A stretch of 32,000 bases of DNA, from positions 1-32,000 of the forward strand of contig NZ_BCZP01000006.1 in assembly GCF_001598795.1 (NCBI RefSeq), given 5' to 3'. Source of the stretch: Delftia acidovorans NBRC 14950 (GTDB lineage: Bacteria > Pseudomonadota > Gammaproteobacteria > Burkholderiales > Burkholderiaceae_C). The notes beneath the pieces were generated by a model. The model had not been told where the DNA came from and did no database searches. It worked only from the letters and a program-made list of their open reading frames with translations. Made by a program: the position numbers and the translations under genes. Positions 17,574 to 28,495 of this stretch are shown here, piece after piece; positions within the stretch are counted from its first letter, which is position 1; every line of letters starts with the position of its first letter.

Positions 17574-18203
17574 TTACCGCCTCGGCGAAGGCATCGATGA
17601 TGTGGCGCAGCGGCTCGCGCTTGAGCTTGAGCGCCGCCTGGTTGACCACCAGGCGCGAGCTGATCTCCATGATGGGCTCGACCTCGACCAGGTCGTTGGC
17701 CTTGAGCGTGTTGCCGGTGGACACCAAGTCGACGATGGCGTCGGCCATGCCGGTCAGCGGGGCCAGTTCCATGGAGCCGTAGAGCTTGACCATGTCCACG
17801 TGCACGCCCTTGGTGGCAAAGAAGTTGCGCGCGATCTCGGGGTACTTGGTGGCGATGCGCAGGCGGGCGCCCTGCTTGACGGCCAGCGCATAGTCGAAGC
17901 CGTTGCGCACGGCCACGCTGACGCGGCAGCGCGCGATCTTCAGGTCCAGGGGTTGGTACAGGCCCTGGGCACCATGCTCGATCAGCGAGTCCAGTCCGGC
18001 CACGCCGAGATCGGCGCCGCCGTACTGCACATAGACCGGCACGTCGGAGGCGCGCACCAGCACCACGCGCACGTCGCTCTTGTTGGTCTCAAAGATCAGC
18101 TTGCGCGACTTTTCAATGTCTTCGCTGACCGAGATGCCGGCAGCGGCCAGCAGCGGCACGGTTTCGTCGTAGATACGGCCCTTGGACAGGGCAATCGTGA
18201 TGG

Positions 18204-18207
<4 letters not shown>
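17557..18207 (-). CDS. hisG: ATP phosphoribosyltransferase (short HisG form)
   Basis: 216 aa from ATG 18207: [15 protein letters not shown]...[19 protein letters not shown]...[12 protein letters not shown]. The track ORF to 19032 is an Arg/Gly/His-rich extension antisense-shadowing murA. Confidence 0.95.
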
Positions 18208-19472
<1,265 letters not shown>

Positions 19473-19568
19473 GGCTGACAGCCTTGAATCTGGAAATCGG
19501 GGAAAAGAAGATGCCGCACGGGCCGTGGCGACCGGTGCAGCAGGAGTCTGAAGTGCCTGACCGCTGGC

Positions 19569-19817
19569 TCAGGCCTGGCCGGCCTGGGTGGCCCACTCGG
19601 CGGGCGTATAGGTCTTCATGGACAGGGCATGGACCTCGTCGGTGTGCATGCGCTGGCCCAGCGTGGCGTAGACCAGGCGCTGGCGCTGCAGCAGTCGCTG
19701 GCCCTCGAATTGGGCCGAGACGATGGTGGCAAACCAGTGCCGTCCATCACCTTCCAGCGCAATGTGTTCGCAAGGCAGGCCGGTGGCGATCAGTTCCTTG
19801 AGTTGGTCTGCAGTCAT
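19569..19817 (-). CDS. ibaG: BolA-family protein IbaG (YrbA)
   Basis: 82 aa from ATG 19817: MTADQLKELI...EGDGRHWFATIVSAQFEG...VHALSMKTYTPAEW. It is colinear with E. coli IbaG and occupies the conserved position between mla and murA. Confidence 0.88.
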   Translation of the reverse strand: MTADQLKELIATGLPCEHIALEGDGRHWFATIVSAQFEGQRLLQRQRLVYATLGQRMHTDEVHALSMKTYTPAEWATQAGQA

Positions 19818-19945
19818 GGGGGGAAGCTTTCCTGCCATGCATCGTGGCATGGCCTTGGTTGGCGGCGGCGCCGGGCGCCGGCCGCCTGTTCATGGGTGGA
19901 TTCAACAATGCGGGCACAGCGCCCGCCGCAGCCTGTGGAAAAACC

Positions 19946-20701
19946 TCAGCCGCGGATCTTGTAGCCGATGCGCAGCAGGTGCACGGCCAGGGCGCTCACC
20001 GCCAGCCAGGCCGAGCCGACGATGGCCAGGCTGACCCAGGGCGACACGTCGCTCTGGCCGAAGAAGCCGTAGCGGAAGCCGTCGATCATGTAGAAAAACG
20101 GGTTCAGATGGCTGACTTTTTGCCAAAAAGGCGGCAGCGACTGGATGGAATAGAACACGCCCGACAGGAACGTCATGGGCATGATCAGGAAGTTCTGGAA
20201 GGCCGCCATCTGGTCGAACTTGTCCGCCCACAGGCCGGCAATCACGCCCAGCGTGCCCAGCAGCGCCGCGCCCAGCAGGCCGAAGACCAGAATCCACAGC
20301 GGCGCCGTGAACTCGGGAATGGCGAAGTACAGCGTGACGATGAAAACGCCCACGCCCACCAGCAGCCCGCGCAGCACCGAAGCGCCCACGTAGGCGCCAA
20401 ACCACGCCCAGTGCGACAGCGGCGTGAGCAGCACGAAGACCATGGAGCCCATGATCTTGCTCTGCACCAAGCTCGATGAGCTGTTGGCGAAGGCGTTCTG
20501 CAGCACGCTCATCATCACCAGTCCGGGGATCAGGAAAGCCGTGTAGCTGATGCGGTCGTAGACCAGCACCCGGCCTTCGAGCACATGGCCGAAGATCAGC
20601 AGATAGAGCACGGCCGTGAGCACGGGTGCGGCCACGGTCTGGAAGCTGACCTTCCAGAAACGCAGCACTTCCTTCTTGAGCAGGGTCTGCCAGCCGTTCA
20701 T
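19946..20701 (-). CDS. ABC-2 type transporter permease (YadH-like)
   Basis: 251 aa from ATG 20701: MNGWQTLLKKEVLRFWKVSFQT..., with six predicted hydrophobic helices. The start overlaps the ATPase stop (ATGA). Confidence 0.88.
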   Translation of the reverse strand: MNGWQTLLKKEVLRFWKVSFQTVAAPVLTAVLYLLIFGHVLEGRVLVYDRISYTAFLIPGLVMMSVLQNAFANSSSSLVQSKIMGSMVFVLLTPLSHWAWFGAYVGASVLRGLLVGVGVFIVTLYFAIPEFTAPLWILVFGLLGAALLGTLGVIAGLWADKFDQMAAFQNFLIMPMTFLSGVFYSIQSLPPFWQKVSHLNPFFYMIDGFRYGFFGQSDVSPWVSLAIVGSAWLAVSALAVHLLRIGYKIRG

Positions 20702-21627
20702 GCCGAAGCTCCCTGCGAGGTCTGGCCTTGCTCGTTCATCACGTGGATGAAGACATCCTCCAGATCGGCACGGCGGATTTCCACGTCCTCGGGGACGACG
20801 GAGCCCTCGCGCAGCGCGGCGAGCAGGCGCTCCACATCGCTGGCGTCGTTGGCGGGTATCTGCACGATGCGGCCGGTCACCCGTGCCCGCGCGGCCAGGG
20901 CCGGCGGCAAGGCGGTATCGGTCTTGAATTGCAGCACGTTGGAGGAGGCGGACTTGAGCAGATCCGACATGGTCGAGAGCTTGACGATGTTGCCCTGCTT
21001 GAGCATGGCCACGCGGCTGCACAGCGCCTCGGCCTCTTCCAGGTAATGGGTGGTGAGCAGCACGGTATGGCCTTCGCGGTTCAGGCGCGCGATGAAATGC
21101 CACAGCGTCTGGCGCAGCTCCACGTCCACGCCGGCCGTGGGCTCGTCCAGCACGATGATGGGCGGCTTGTGCACCAGGGCCTGGGCCACCAGCACGCGGC
21201 GCTTCATGCCGCCGGACAGCTGGCGCATGTTGGAGTTGGCCTTGTCGGTCAGCCCCAGGCTGTGCAGCAGCTCGTCGATCCAGTCGTCATTGTTCCTGAC
21301 GCCGAAATAGCCGGACTGAAAGCGCAGCGCCTCGCGCACATTGAAGAAGGGATCGAAGACCAGCTCCTGCGGCACGATGCCCAGCTTGCGCCGGGCAGCC
21401 GAGTAGTCGGCATGCACGTCGCTGCCCTGGACCAGCACGCGGCCGCTGGTGGCGCGCGACAGGCCGGCCAGGATGCTGATCATCGTGGTCTTGCCAGCGC
21501 CATTGGGACCGAGCAGGCCGAAGAACTCGCCCTCCTCGATGTCCAGACTCACGTGGTTGAGCGCCTGGAAGGCCCCCTTGGGGGTCTGGTAGGTCTTGGA
21601 GATGGATTGGAATGAGACGGCAGACAT
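20698..21627 (-). CDS. ABC transporter ATP-binding protein (YadG-like partner of the ABC-2 permease)
   Basis: 309 aa with Walker A GPNGAGKTT, signature LSGGMKRR and Walker B IIVLDEPTAGVD. Confidence 0.92.
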   Translation of the reverse strand: MSAVSFQSISKTYQTPKGAFQALNHVSLDIEEGEFFGLLGPNGAGKTTMISILAGLSRATSGRVLVQGSDVHADYSAARRKLGIVPQELVFDPFFNVREALRFQSGYFGVRNNDDWIDELLHSLGLTDKANSNMRQLSGGMKRRVLVAQALVHKPPIIVLDEPTAGVDVELRQTLWHFIARLNREGHTVLLTTHYLEEAEALCSRVAMLKQGNIVKLSTMSDLLKSASSNVLQFKTDTALPPALAARARVTGRIVQIPANDASDVERLLAALREGSVVPEDVEIRRADLEDVFIHVMNEQGQTSQGASA

Positions 21628-21700
21628 GCGAGGCGCGATTCTAGGCCCTTGCAGCCAAACCTGCCTTGCAGGGCTCTTTGCAGCGGCGCGCTGCGCCGGC

Positions 21701-21982
21701 TCAGGAGGGGGAGGATGCGTCGGTCAGCAGCCCGTCGACGCCGTACAGCGCCGCCATGGACTGCAGGCCCTGCGGCAGGCCCACGACCACCAATTGCTTG
21801 TCGGCCGCCTTCGCGGTGCGGCGGCAGGCCAGCAGCACGGCCAGGGCGGCCGAGTCGAAGACCTCGACGCCGCTGGCATCGACGCGCACCTGGGCGCCAT
21901 CGAAGGCCTGCACCTGGGGCTGCAGCTGCACAAGGCAGCTGCGCGCCTGGCGGTAGGTCAGTTCACGGGGGAGCTGCAACAT
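21701..21982 (-). CDS. mlaB: STAS-domain protein MlaB
   Basis: 93 aa from ATG 21982. VRVDASGVEVFDSAALAVLLACRR...LVVVGLPQGLQSMAALYGV is colinear with E. coli MlaB. It lies 20 nt downstream of mlaC. Confidence 0.78.
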   Translation of the reverse strand: MLQLPRELTYRQARSCLVQLQPQVQAFDGAQVRVDASGVEVFDSAALAVLLACRRTAKAADKQLVVVGLPQGLQSMAALYGVDGLLTDASSPS

Positions 21983-22002
21983 GGCGCGTGCGTCAGCGGC
22001 TG

Positions 22003-22647
22003 TCAGCCCTTGGAGGGCGGCGTGGCCGGCATCTTGCTGCGCGTGGCCAGGGTCTCGATCAGGCCGTCGATGCCGCGGGCATTGATTTCCTGGCTGAACT
22101 GGTTGCGGTAGGTTTCCACCAGCCACACGCCCAGCACGTTCAGGTTGTAGATCTTCCAGCCGTCACCGGACTTCTCGAGCCGGTAGTCCAGCTGCACGGG
22201 CTCGCCGCGGCCCAGCACCTCGGTGCGCACCAGCACATCGGTGTCGCCGGCTGCCGCGCGCAGGGGCTTGACGTTGATGGTCTGGTTGCTGACCTGGGTC
22301 AGCGCGCCCGAATAGGTGCGGATCAGCAGGGCCTTGAACTCGGTCTCCAGCTTCTCGCGCTGTGCAGGCGTGGCCTGGCGCCAGGCCGGGCCCACCGAAG
22401 CCGAGGTCATGCGGCGGAAATTCACATACGGCATGACCTTGTCATTGACCAGCGCATTGACCTTGGAGACATCGCCCTCGCGCAGCGAGGGGTCCTTCTT
22501 GATGGTTTCCAGCACGTCGGTGGAGACACGCTTGATCAGCGCATCGGGGGTCTCGCCGGCTGCGCGGGCCGGCAGTGCCGCGCCAAGGGTTCCCATGGCC
22601 AGCATGGCTGCAGCGGCAGCGCTCCAGGCACGTCGATTGATCATCAC
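22003..22647 (-). CDS. mlaC: Periplasmic phospholipid-binding protein MlaC (Ttg2D family)
   Basis: 214 aa with signal peptide AAAAAMLAMGTLGAALPARAAG, plus VMPYVNFRRMT and WKIYNLNVLGVWLVETYRNQF. The first codon at 22647 is GTG. ATG 22644 sits 6 nt after an AGGA SD. Confidence 0.9.
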   Translation of the reverse strand: MMINRRAWSAAAAAMLAMGTLGAALPARAAGETPDALIKRVSTDVLETIKKDPSLREGDVSKVNALVNDKVMPYVNFRRMTSASVGPAWRQATPAQREKLETEFKALLIRTYSGALTQVSNQTINVKPLRAAAGDTDVLVRTEVLGRGEPVQLDYRLEKSGDGWKIYNLNVLGVWLVETYRNQFSQEINARGIDGLIETLATRSKMPATPPSKG

Positions 22648-22759
22648 TCTTCCTTTCCCAGCAGGGCCTCATGCCCCGGACCGGGTTGATATTGCACATT
22701 TTTCCGGCCGCGCCATGTCAGGCAGCGGCCGTTTTTCATCTCGGGATGTTACGAACTGC

Positions 22760-23563
22760 TTACTTCGCGCCGTCTTCGGGCGGCAGCTTGCCGGCATCGT
22801 CGTCGTAATCCTCGATGCGACCGTCATCACCCGACTTGCCACGCCGCAGGTTCAGGTAGACATCGCGCGTCAGGCTGTAGCGGTCGAGCGCGACGGAGTC
22901 CAGCGTGTCAGAGGCATTGAGCAGGCGGGCACGTGTATCCACCAGTCGCAGCACATACAGGCTGTTGCGCACCGGGATGTCGTTGATCGCCGACATGGGG
23001 TTGCCCCAGGCATCCACCGGAAGAGCCGCAGTGTCACGCACCGTGGACGGACCCAGGAGCGGCAGCACCAGGTACGGCCCGGTGGGCACGCCCCAGCGAC
23101 CCAGGGTCTGGCCGAAGTCCTGCTTTTGGCGCTCGATGCCGGCCTCGCTGGCGATGTCGAGCAAGCCGCCCAGGCCGAAGACCGTATTGACCGAGAACCG
23201 CACGACGGAGTTGTAGGCGCCTTCGGCCTGGCCCTGCAGCGCGTTGTTCACGAAGGACCAGACATCGCTGAGGTTGGAGAAGAAATTGCTCACGCCATCG
23301 CGGGCCAGACGCGGAGTGACGTCGCGGTAGGCCGTGGCCACCGGCTTCAGGACGGCACGGTCCAGGCCGTCGTTGAACGAGTAGACGCTGCGGTTGAACG
23401 GCTCGAACGGGTCCTGGGGATTGCGGGCCTCGCCCGGCGCGGTGGCGCAGCCGGCGAGCAGCGAAGCGGCGGCCAGCGTGCCGAGCATGGCTGCGCGCTG
23501 CCAGGAGGCTGCCTGGGCGGCAGGGCGACCCGCAGTCGCCTGTTCATGGTGGTTGGTTGTCAT
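22760..23563 (-). CDS. mlaA: Outer-membrane lipoprotein MlaA (VacJ)
   Basis: 267 aa with lipobox SLLAGC, plus DPFEPFNRSVYSFND, RDGVSNFFSNL and GPYLVLPLLGPST. ATG 23563 overlaps the mlaD stop. ATG 23488 (MLGTLAAASLLAGC) is an alternative start. Confidence 0.9.
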   Translation of the reverse strand: MTTNHHEQATAGRPAAQAASWQRAAMLGTLAAASLLAGCATAPGEARNPQDPFEPFNRSVYSFNDGLDRAVLKPVATAYRDVTPRLARDGVSNFFSNLSDVWSFVNNALQGQAEGAYNSVVRFSVNTVFGLGGLLDIASEAGIERQKQDFGQTLGRWGVPTGPYLVLPLLGPSTVRDTAALPVDAWGNPMSAINDIPVRNSLYVLRLVDTRARLLNASDTLDSVALDRYSLTRDVYLNLRRGKSGDDGRIEDYDDDAGKLPPEDGAK

Positions 23564-24045
23564 TCTTTGCCTCCTGCACCGGAGCTGCCACCCTGCTCGG
23601 CCTTGCCGTAGAGGAACTGTCCGATCAGATTTTCCAGCACAACGGCCGACTGGGTTGCGACGACGCGGTCGCCATCCTTGAGATTGTGGTCATCTGCACC
23701 GGCCTCGATGCCGATGTACTGGTCGCCGAGCAGGCCGCTGGTCAGGATCTTCAGAGAGCTGTCCTTGGGAAAGGCGTAGCGGTTTTCCAGGGCCATGGTC
23801 ACGCTGGCCTGAAAGACCTTGTCGTCGAAGGTGATGGATTCCACGCGGCCCACGACAACGCCCGCGCTGCGCACGGCTGCCTTGGGCTTGAGTCCGCCGA
23901 TGTTGTCGAAGCGCGCGGTCAGCGTATAGGTCTTCTGGAAGTTCAGGCTCAGCAGGTTGGCCGACTGCAGCGCCAGGAACACCAGCGCCGCAGCGCCGAT
24001 CAGCACGAACAGTCCGACCCAGACATCACTCTTGGATTGCTGCAT
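23560..24045 (-). CDS. mlaD: MCE-domain protein MlaD
   Basis: 161 aa from ATG 24045 with an AAGGAA SD upstream. There is an N-terminal anchor (VWVGLFVLIGAAALVFLAL) and an MCE core (YTLTARFDNIGGLKPKAAVRSAGVVVGRV). The track start at 24093 is a TTG. Confidence 0.9.
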   Translation of the reverse strand: MQQSKSDVWVGLFVLIGAAALVFLALQSANLLSLNFQKTYTLTARFDNIGGLKPKAAVRSAGVVVGRVESITFDDKVFQASVTMALENRYAFPKDSSLKILTSGLLGDQYIGIEAGADDHNLKDGDRVVATQSAVVLENLIGQFLYGKAEQGGSSGAGGKE

Positions 24046-24089
24046 GGTTTGTTTTTCCTTGATTTGCAAGAGGTGGCACCGGTGCCGGG

Positions 24090-24872
24090 TCAAAGGCTGA
24101 ACATCGTTGCCGTGAGCAGGAAGTCCAGCCCCAGCACGGCCAGCGAGGCCATCACCACCGTGCGCGTGGTCGCGCGGGACACGCCTTCGGGCGTGGGCTT
24201 GGCTGCATAGCCCTGCAGCAGCGCGATGAAGGTCACCGCCACGCCGAACACCAGGCTCTTGAGAACGCCGTTGCCCAGGTCATACCACCAGTCCACGCCG
24301 TTTTGCATCTGGCCCCAGAAGGCGCCGCCATCGACGCCGATCATGACCACGCCCACCAGCCAGCCGCCGATCACGCCGACGGCACTGAAAACGGCCGCCA
24401 GCAGCGGCATGGCGATCAGGCCCGCCACGAAGCGCGGCGCCAGGATGCGGCGCACCGGGTCCACGGCCATCATCTCCATGGCCGACAACTGCTCGCCGGC
24501 CTTCATCAGGCCGATCTCGGCCGTCAGCGCCGTGCCGGCACGGCCGGCAAACAGCAGCGCCGTGACGACCGGGCCGAGTTCGCGCACCAGCGACAGCGCC
24601 ACCAGCAGGCCCAGCGCCTCGGCCGAGCCATAGCGCTGCAGCGTGTAGTAGCCCTGCAGGCCCAGCACGAAACCGACGAACAGGCCGGACACGCCAATGA
24701 TGGCCAGCGAATAGTTGCCCAGGAAATGGATCTGGTCGCCGATCAGCCGCGGGCGGCCCAGCGCAGGCCCGATGAGGGCGAGCAGGCGGCCGAACAGGCG
24801 CGTGCCCATGCCCAGCTGCGTCAGCTGTTGGCGAACCGCCGCGCCAATGCGCGCAGGATGCAGCCGGTTCAT
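24090..24872 (-). CDS. mlaE: Phospholipid ABC transporter permease MlaE
   Basis: 260-aa polytopic membrane protein with [19 protein letters not shown] and AMEMMAVDP motifs. The start overlaps the mlaF stop (ATGA). Confidence 0.93.
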   Translation of the reverse strand: MNRLHPARIGAAVRQQLTQLGMGTRLFGRLLALIGPALGRPRLIGDQIHFLGNYSLAIIGVSGLFVGFVLGLQGYYTLQRYGSAEALGLLVALSLVRELGPVVTALLFAGRAGTALTAEIGLMKAGEQLSAMEMMAVDPVRRILAPRFVAGLIAMPLLAAVFSAVGVIGGWLVGVVMIGVDGGAFWGQMQNGVDWWYDLGNGVLKSLVFGVAVTFIALLQGYAAKPTPEGVSRATTRTVVMASLAVLGLDFLLTATMFSL

Positions 24873-25708
24873 GCGTGCCTCCTGCCGTTGCTCTTGCCGG
24901 AGCTTGCGAGGTTGCCGAAATCTTCCTCGGCGCTCACGCCGGGGTAGTGGAAAGGCACGGGGCCGGTGGGCCGAGCATGAATGAACTGCTGCACCAACGG
25001 GTCGGGGTTGGCACGCACCTCGTCAGGCGAGCCCTGGGCGGCGACGCCGCCATTGCCCAGAATGACCACATGATCTGCCACACGGAAGGTTTCCTCCACA
25101 TCGTGGGACACGAGGATGGAGGTCAGGCCCATGGCGTCGTTGAGCTCGCGGATCAACTCGGCGGCGGTGCCCAGGGAGATGGGGTCCAGCCCGGCGAAGG
25201 GCTCGTCGTACATGATCAGTTCGGGGTCCAGCGCAATGGCCCGCGCCAGCGCCACGCGGCGGGCCATGCCGCCCGAGATCTCGCTGGGCATGAGGTCGCG
25301 CGCACCGCGCAGGCCCACGGCATGCAGCTTCATGAGCACGATGTCGCGGACCAGTTCGTCGGGAAGATCGGTGTGCTCGCGCAGCGGGAAGGCCACGTTG
25401 TCGAACACGCTCATGTCGGTGAACAGCGCGCCGAACTGGAACAGCATGCCCATGCGCCGGCGCGCGGCGTACAGGCCTGCGGCGTCCATGGTGGTGACGT
25501 CCTTGCCATCGAACAATACCTGCCCCTGCTGGGCATGCTGCTGGCCGCCGATCAGGCGAAGCACGGTGGTCTTGCCGCCGCCCGATGCCCCCATCAGGGC
25601 CGTGACCTTGCCGCGCGGCACCTGCAGCGACAGGTCGCGCAGGATCACACGCTCGCCATAGCCGAAGGTGACGTTGCGCAACTCCACGAAAGAGGCGGTT
25701 GGGATCAT
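24869..25708 (-). CDS. mlaF: Phospholipid ABC transporter ATP-binding protein MlaF
   Basis: 279 aa from ATG 25708: [18 protein letters not shown], Walker [10 protein letters not shown], signature ISGGMARR and Walker [13 protein letters not shown]. The track ORF to 25819 adds an implausible leader. Confidence 0.93.
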   Translation of the reverse strand: MIPTASFVELRNVTFGYGERVILRDLSLQVPRGKVTALMGASGGGKTTVLRLIGGQQHAQQGQVLFDGKDVTTMDAAGLYAARRRMGMLFQFGALFTDMSVFDNVAFPLREHTDLPDELVRDIVLMKLHAVGLRGARDLMPSEISGGMARRVALARAIALDPELIMYDEPFAGLDPISLGTAAELIRELNDAMGLTSILVSHDVEETFRVADHVVILGNGGVAAQGSPDEVRANPDPLVQQFIHARPTGPVPFHYPGVSAEEDFGNLASSGKSNGRRHA

Positions 25709-25792
25709 GCTGTGGTGCGGTCGATAAATGTTCGCAGGCAAGCCCGCTATTGTGCAGACAGGTGCCGATGCCTGCTCATCACCCCCCGAGAT

Positions 25793-25814
25793 AAACATAC
25801 ATCCGTGTATGTTT
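25793..25814. promoter_or_regulatory. AT-rich perfect palindrome in the mlaF upstream region (possible operator)
   Basis: AAACATACA (25793..25801), loop TCCG, then TGTATGTTT (25806..25814). On the minus strand it lies in the spacer of a weak TTGAGA-17-GTTTAT promoter-like pair, about 85-105 nt upstream of mlaF. Confidence 0.3.
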
Positions 25815-25842
25815 CTCAAAAAGTCATGGCAGAAAACGCCAT

Positions 25843-25888
25843 AAAAAAAAGAGCATGCTTCGCTTGCTACACAAGCGTTGCACGCTCT
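25843..25888 (-). terminator. Strong rho-independent terminator after the amino-acid ABC ATPase gene
   Basis: The minus strand reads AGAGCGTGC-AA-CGCTTG-TGTAG-CAAGCG-AA-GCATGCTCT followed by a T8 tract. It begins about 40 nt downstream of the stop at 25927. Confidence 0.8.
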
Positions 25889-25926
25889 CTGGACCTGGGG
25901 AAAGTCCGGACTGGACAGATGTTTTT

Positions 25927-26715
25927 TTACAACATGTTCTGCAGAAATGCCTGGGTCCGGCCGTGCTGCGGCGCTGCAAAAAAGGCTTCCGCCGGGCCTT
26001 GCTCGACGATCTCGCCCTTGTCCATGAAGATCACGCGATTGGCCACCTCGCGGGCAAAGCCCATCTCGTGGGTCACGACCAGCATGGTCATGTGCTCCTG
26101 GGCCAGCTCCCGCATGGTGCGCAGCACTTCGCCGGTCAGCTCCGGGTCCAACGCGGAGGTGGGCTCGTCGAACAGCAGGATGTCCGGCTCCATGGCCAGT
26201 GCCCGGGCGATGGCCACGCGCTGCTTTTGCCCGCCCGACAGGCGGTTGGGATAGGCATCGCGCTTTTCCAGCAGGCCCACCTTGTGGAGCAGCGCCTCGG
26301 CCTTGGGCACGATCTGCTCGCGCTTGAGGCCCTTGACGACGATCGGCGCCTCGATGATGTTCTCCAGCACCGTGAGGTGCGGGAACAGGTTGAAGGACTG
26401 GAACACCATGCCCATCTTGCGGCCGATCTGGCGGATCTGCGCCTCGGGCACGTAGTGGGCGCGGCCGTCCGCGCCGCTGTCCACCAGCACCTCGCCCTCA
26501 ACGGCGACACGGCCGCTGTCAATGGTTTCCAGGTGGTTGAGGCAGCGCAGGAACGTGCTCTTGCCCGATCCCGAAGGACCGATGACGGCCACCACCTCGC
26601 CGCGCGCCAGCTCCAGCGAAACGCCGCGCAGCACCGGCACGCCGCCAAAGCCCTTGCAGATGTTCTGCGCCGAGATCATGGTCTCAGGCGCGCTATCACG
26701 CGTCGTATTTGGCAT
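25927..26715 (-). CDS. Polar amino-acid ABC transporter ATP-binding protein (GlnQ/ArtP family)
   Basis: 262 aa with Walker [10 protein letters not shown], signature [15 protein letters not shown] and Walker [16 protein letters not shown] 26715 overlaps the permease end by 20 nt. ATG 26679 ([13 protein letters not shown]) is an alternative start. Confidence 0.93.
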   Translation of the reverse strand: MPNTTRDSAPETMISAQNICKGFGGVPVLRGVSLELARGEVVAVIGPSGSGKSTFLRCLNHLETIDSGRVAVEGEVLVDSGADGRAHYVPEAQIRQIGRKMGMVFQSFNLFPHLTVLENIIEAPIVVKGLKREQIVPKAEALLHKVGLLEKRDAYPNRLSGGQKQRVAIARALAMEPDILLFDEPTSALDPELTGEVLRTMRELAQEHMTMLVVTHEMGFAREVANRVIFMDKGEIVEQGPAEAFFAAPQHGRTQAFLQNML

Positions 26716-27349
26716 GGCGTTTTTCTAGGTATTGAAAGATCCAGGTCAGCACCAGCGTCATCACGAGGTAAAAGCCTGCGGCCACCACGAAGGGCGTGAT
26801 GGTGAAGTCGCGCTGCACGATGCCGCGCGCGGCGCGCAGCAGGTCATTCAGGGCCAGCACGTAGATGAGCGAGGTGTCCTTGACCAGGGTGATGGTCTCG
26901 TTGCTCACGGGCGGGATGATGCGCGCCCACATCTGCGGCAGGATGATGCGGCGCATGGTCTGGCCGTAGCTCATGCCCAGCACCTTGGCACCCTCGTACT
27001 GGCCGCGGTCCACGGACTGGATGCCCGCGCGGAAGATTTCGGCGAAGTAGGCGGCGTAGTTCAGCGCGAAGGCGACGACGGCGGCAGGGAAATCGGGCAG
27101 GCGCACGCCGATCACGGGCACGAAGGGCAGCGCGAAGTAGATGAACAGCATCTGCAGCATCAGCGGCGTGCCGCGCATCAGCCAGATGTAGCCGCCTACC
27201 AGCCGGCTCAGGGCGGGAAAGCGGGAGATGCGCATCAGCGCCAGCGACAGTCCCAGGGGGATGGACAGCGCCAGGGTGATGACGAAGAGCTTGAGGGTGA
27301 CCAGGGCGCCGGCGGACAGCGGCCCCATGAGCGAGATTACATATTCCAT
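26696..27349 (-). CDS. Amino-acid ABC transporter permease (His/Glu/Gln/Arg/opine family)
   Basis: 217 aa with the EAA-like loop [38 protein letters not shown] and multiple hydrophobic helices. Confidence 0.92.
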   Translation of the reverse strand: MEYVISLMGPLSAGALVTLKLFVITLALSIPLGLSLALMRISRFPALSRLVGGYIWLMRGTPLMLQMLFIYFALPFVPVIGVRLPDFPAAVVAFALNYAAYFAEIFRAGIQSVDRGQYEGAKVLGMSYGQTMRRIILPQMWARIIPPVSNETITLVKDTSLIYVLALNDLLRAARGIVQRDFTITPFVVAAGFYLVMTLVLTWIFQYLEKRHAKYDA

Positions 27350-27429
27350 CGAATGGCCTCAGTGCGGTGCGCGGCCCCGCCGGCATCGGCAGGATCCGGG
27401 CAGCCACGGGCGCGTGCGTCCCAGAACGC

Positions 27430-27464
27430 AAAAGACCGGCAATGCCAGGCTGGCCTTGCCGGTC
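27430..27464 (-). terminator. Intra-operon hairpin (attenuator or mRNA-stabiliser type) between the binding-protein and permease genes
   Basis: The minus strand reads GACCGGCAA-13 nt loop-TTGCCGGTC followed by TTTTGCG. The 9-bp perfect stem spans 27434..27442 / 27456..27464. It lies 17 nt after the binding-protein stop. Confidence 0.5.
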
Positions 27465-27480
27465 GCATGGTGTGCCGGAT

Positions 27481-28287
27481 TTACTTGATGATGTCCTTGC
27501 CGAACCACTTGGAGGCGATTTCGGCGGCCTTGCCGTCCTTCTTCATCTCGGCCAGTGCTGCTTCGAGCTTGCCCAGAACTTCGGTGTCTTCCTTGCGCAG
27601 GCCCACGCCGTAGTCCTCGGTGCCGAAGTTGTCCTCGAGCACCAGGTACTCGCCAGCCTTCTTGGCCACGTGGAAGCGCCCCACGACCTCGTCGACCACG
27701 ACGGCGTCCAGGCGGCCGGCCGACAGGTCCATCAGCGCGGTGATGTTGTCGCCGAAGGTCTTCAGGTCCTTGAAGCTGGCGGCCACGGCGGCGTCCTTCT
27801 TGATGGCGTCCACGGCCGAGCTGCCATCCTGCGCGCCCACGACCTTGCCTGCCAGGCCGGCCTTGTCCTTGATGTCGGAGTTGGCGCGCACGATGATGAT
27901 CTGGTGGTTCTCCATGTAGGGCGCGGTGAAGGCGATGTTCTTCTTGCGCTCTTCGGTGATGGTCAGGCCGTTCCACAGCGCGTCGACGCGCTTGCCGACC
28001 AGCTCGGCCTCCTTGGCACTCCAGTCGATGGGCTTGAAGTCCACTTCCACGTTCATGCGCTTGGCGGCTTCACGCGCCATGTCGATGTCGAAGCCGACGA
28101 TCTCGTTCTTGTCGTCACGAAAGCCCATGGGCGGGAAGTTGTCGTCCAGGCCGATCACCAACTTGGTCATGGCTGCCGGCACGGGGGCGGCAACCGGCGC
28201 GGCGGCGGTCGATGCGGACTCGTTCTTGCCGCAGGCTGCCAGCAGTGCAGACAGGGCCACCATGGCCAAGAGGGTGCGTTTTTTCAT
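27481..28287 (-). CDS. Amino-acid ABC transporter substrate-binding lipoprotein (family 3 SBP)
   Basis: 268 aa with lipobox ALLAACG, plus GLDDNFPPMGF, GFDIDMAREAAKRM and DALWNGLTITEERKK motifs. Confidence 0.92.
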   Translation of the reverse strand: MKKRTLLAMVALSALLAACGKNESASTAAAPVAAPVPAAMTKLVIGLDDNFPPMGFRDDKNEIVGFDIDMAREAAKRMNVEVDFKPIDWSAKEAELVGKRVDALWNGLTITEERKKNIAFTAPYMENHQIIIVRANSDIKDKAGLAGKVVGAQDGSSAVDAIKKDAAVAASFKDLKTFGDNITALMDLSAGRLDAVVVDEVVGRFHVAKKAGEYLVLEDNFGTEDYGVGLRKEDTEVLGKLEAALAEMKKDGKAAEIASKWFGKDIIK

Positions 28288-28495
28288 GGCTTAAAGCTTT
28301 GGAGTGGAAAAAGCGAAAGGCGGCGGCCACTGCACGCAAGGTGCGCAATCGTTGTAATGAATGGTTCCTTGGCGGAACCCTTGTCTCGGTTGGGTGCCGG
28401 CGCCGAATCCCGTATTGTCGCGCAGACCGGCGCCCCCCGCCAACACGCCGGATCAAGACCGTGCAAATCGGCAAATGGCGAGAGATGCCTGCCGG

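Noticed and set aside
22699-22736. Hairpin TTTTT-CCGGCCGC..GCGGCCG-TTTTT in the mlaA-mlaC spacer, considered as an internal terminator.
   Set aside because: On the coding (minus) strand the stem is followed by A residues, not U. It could only terminate antisense transcription. It is more likely an mRNA processing or stability element or a coincidence. The stem is only 7 bp.
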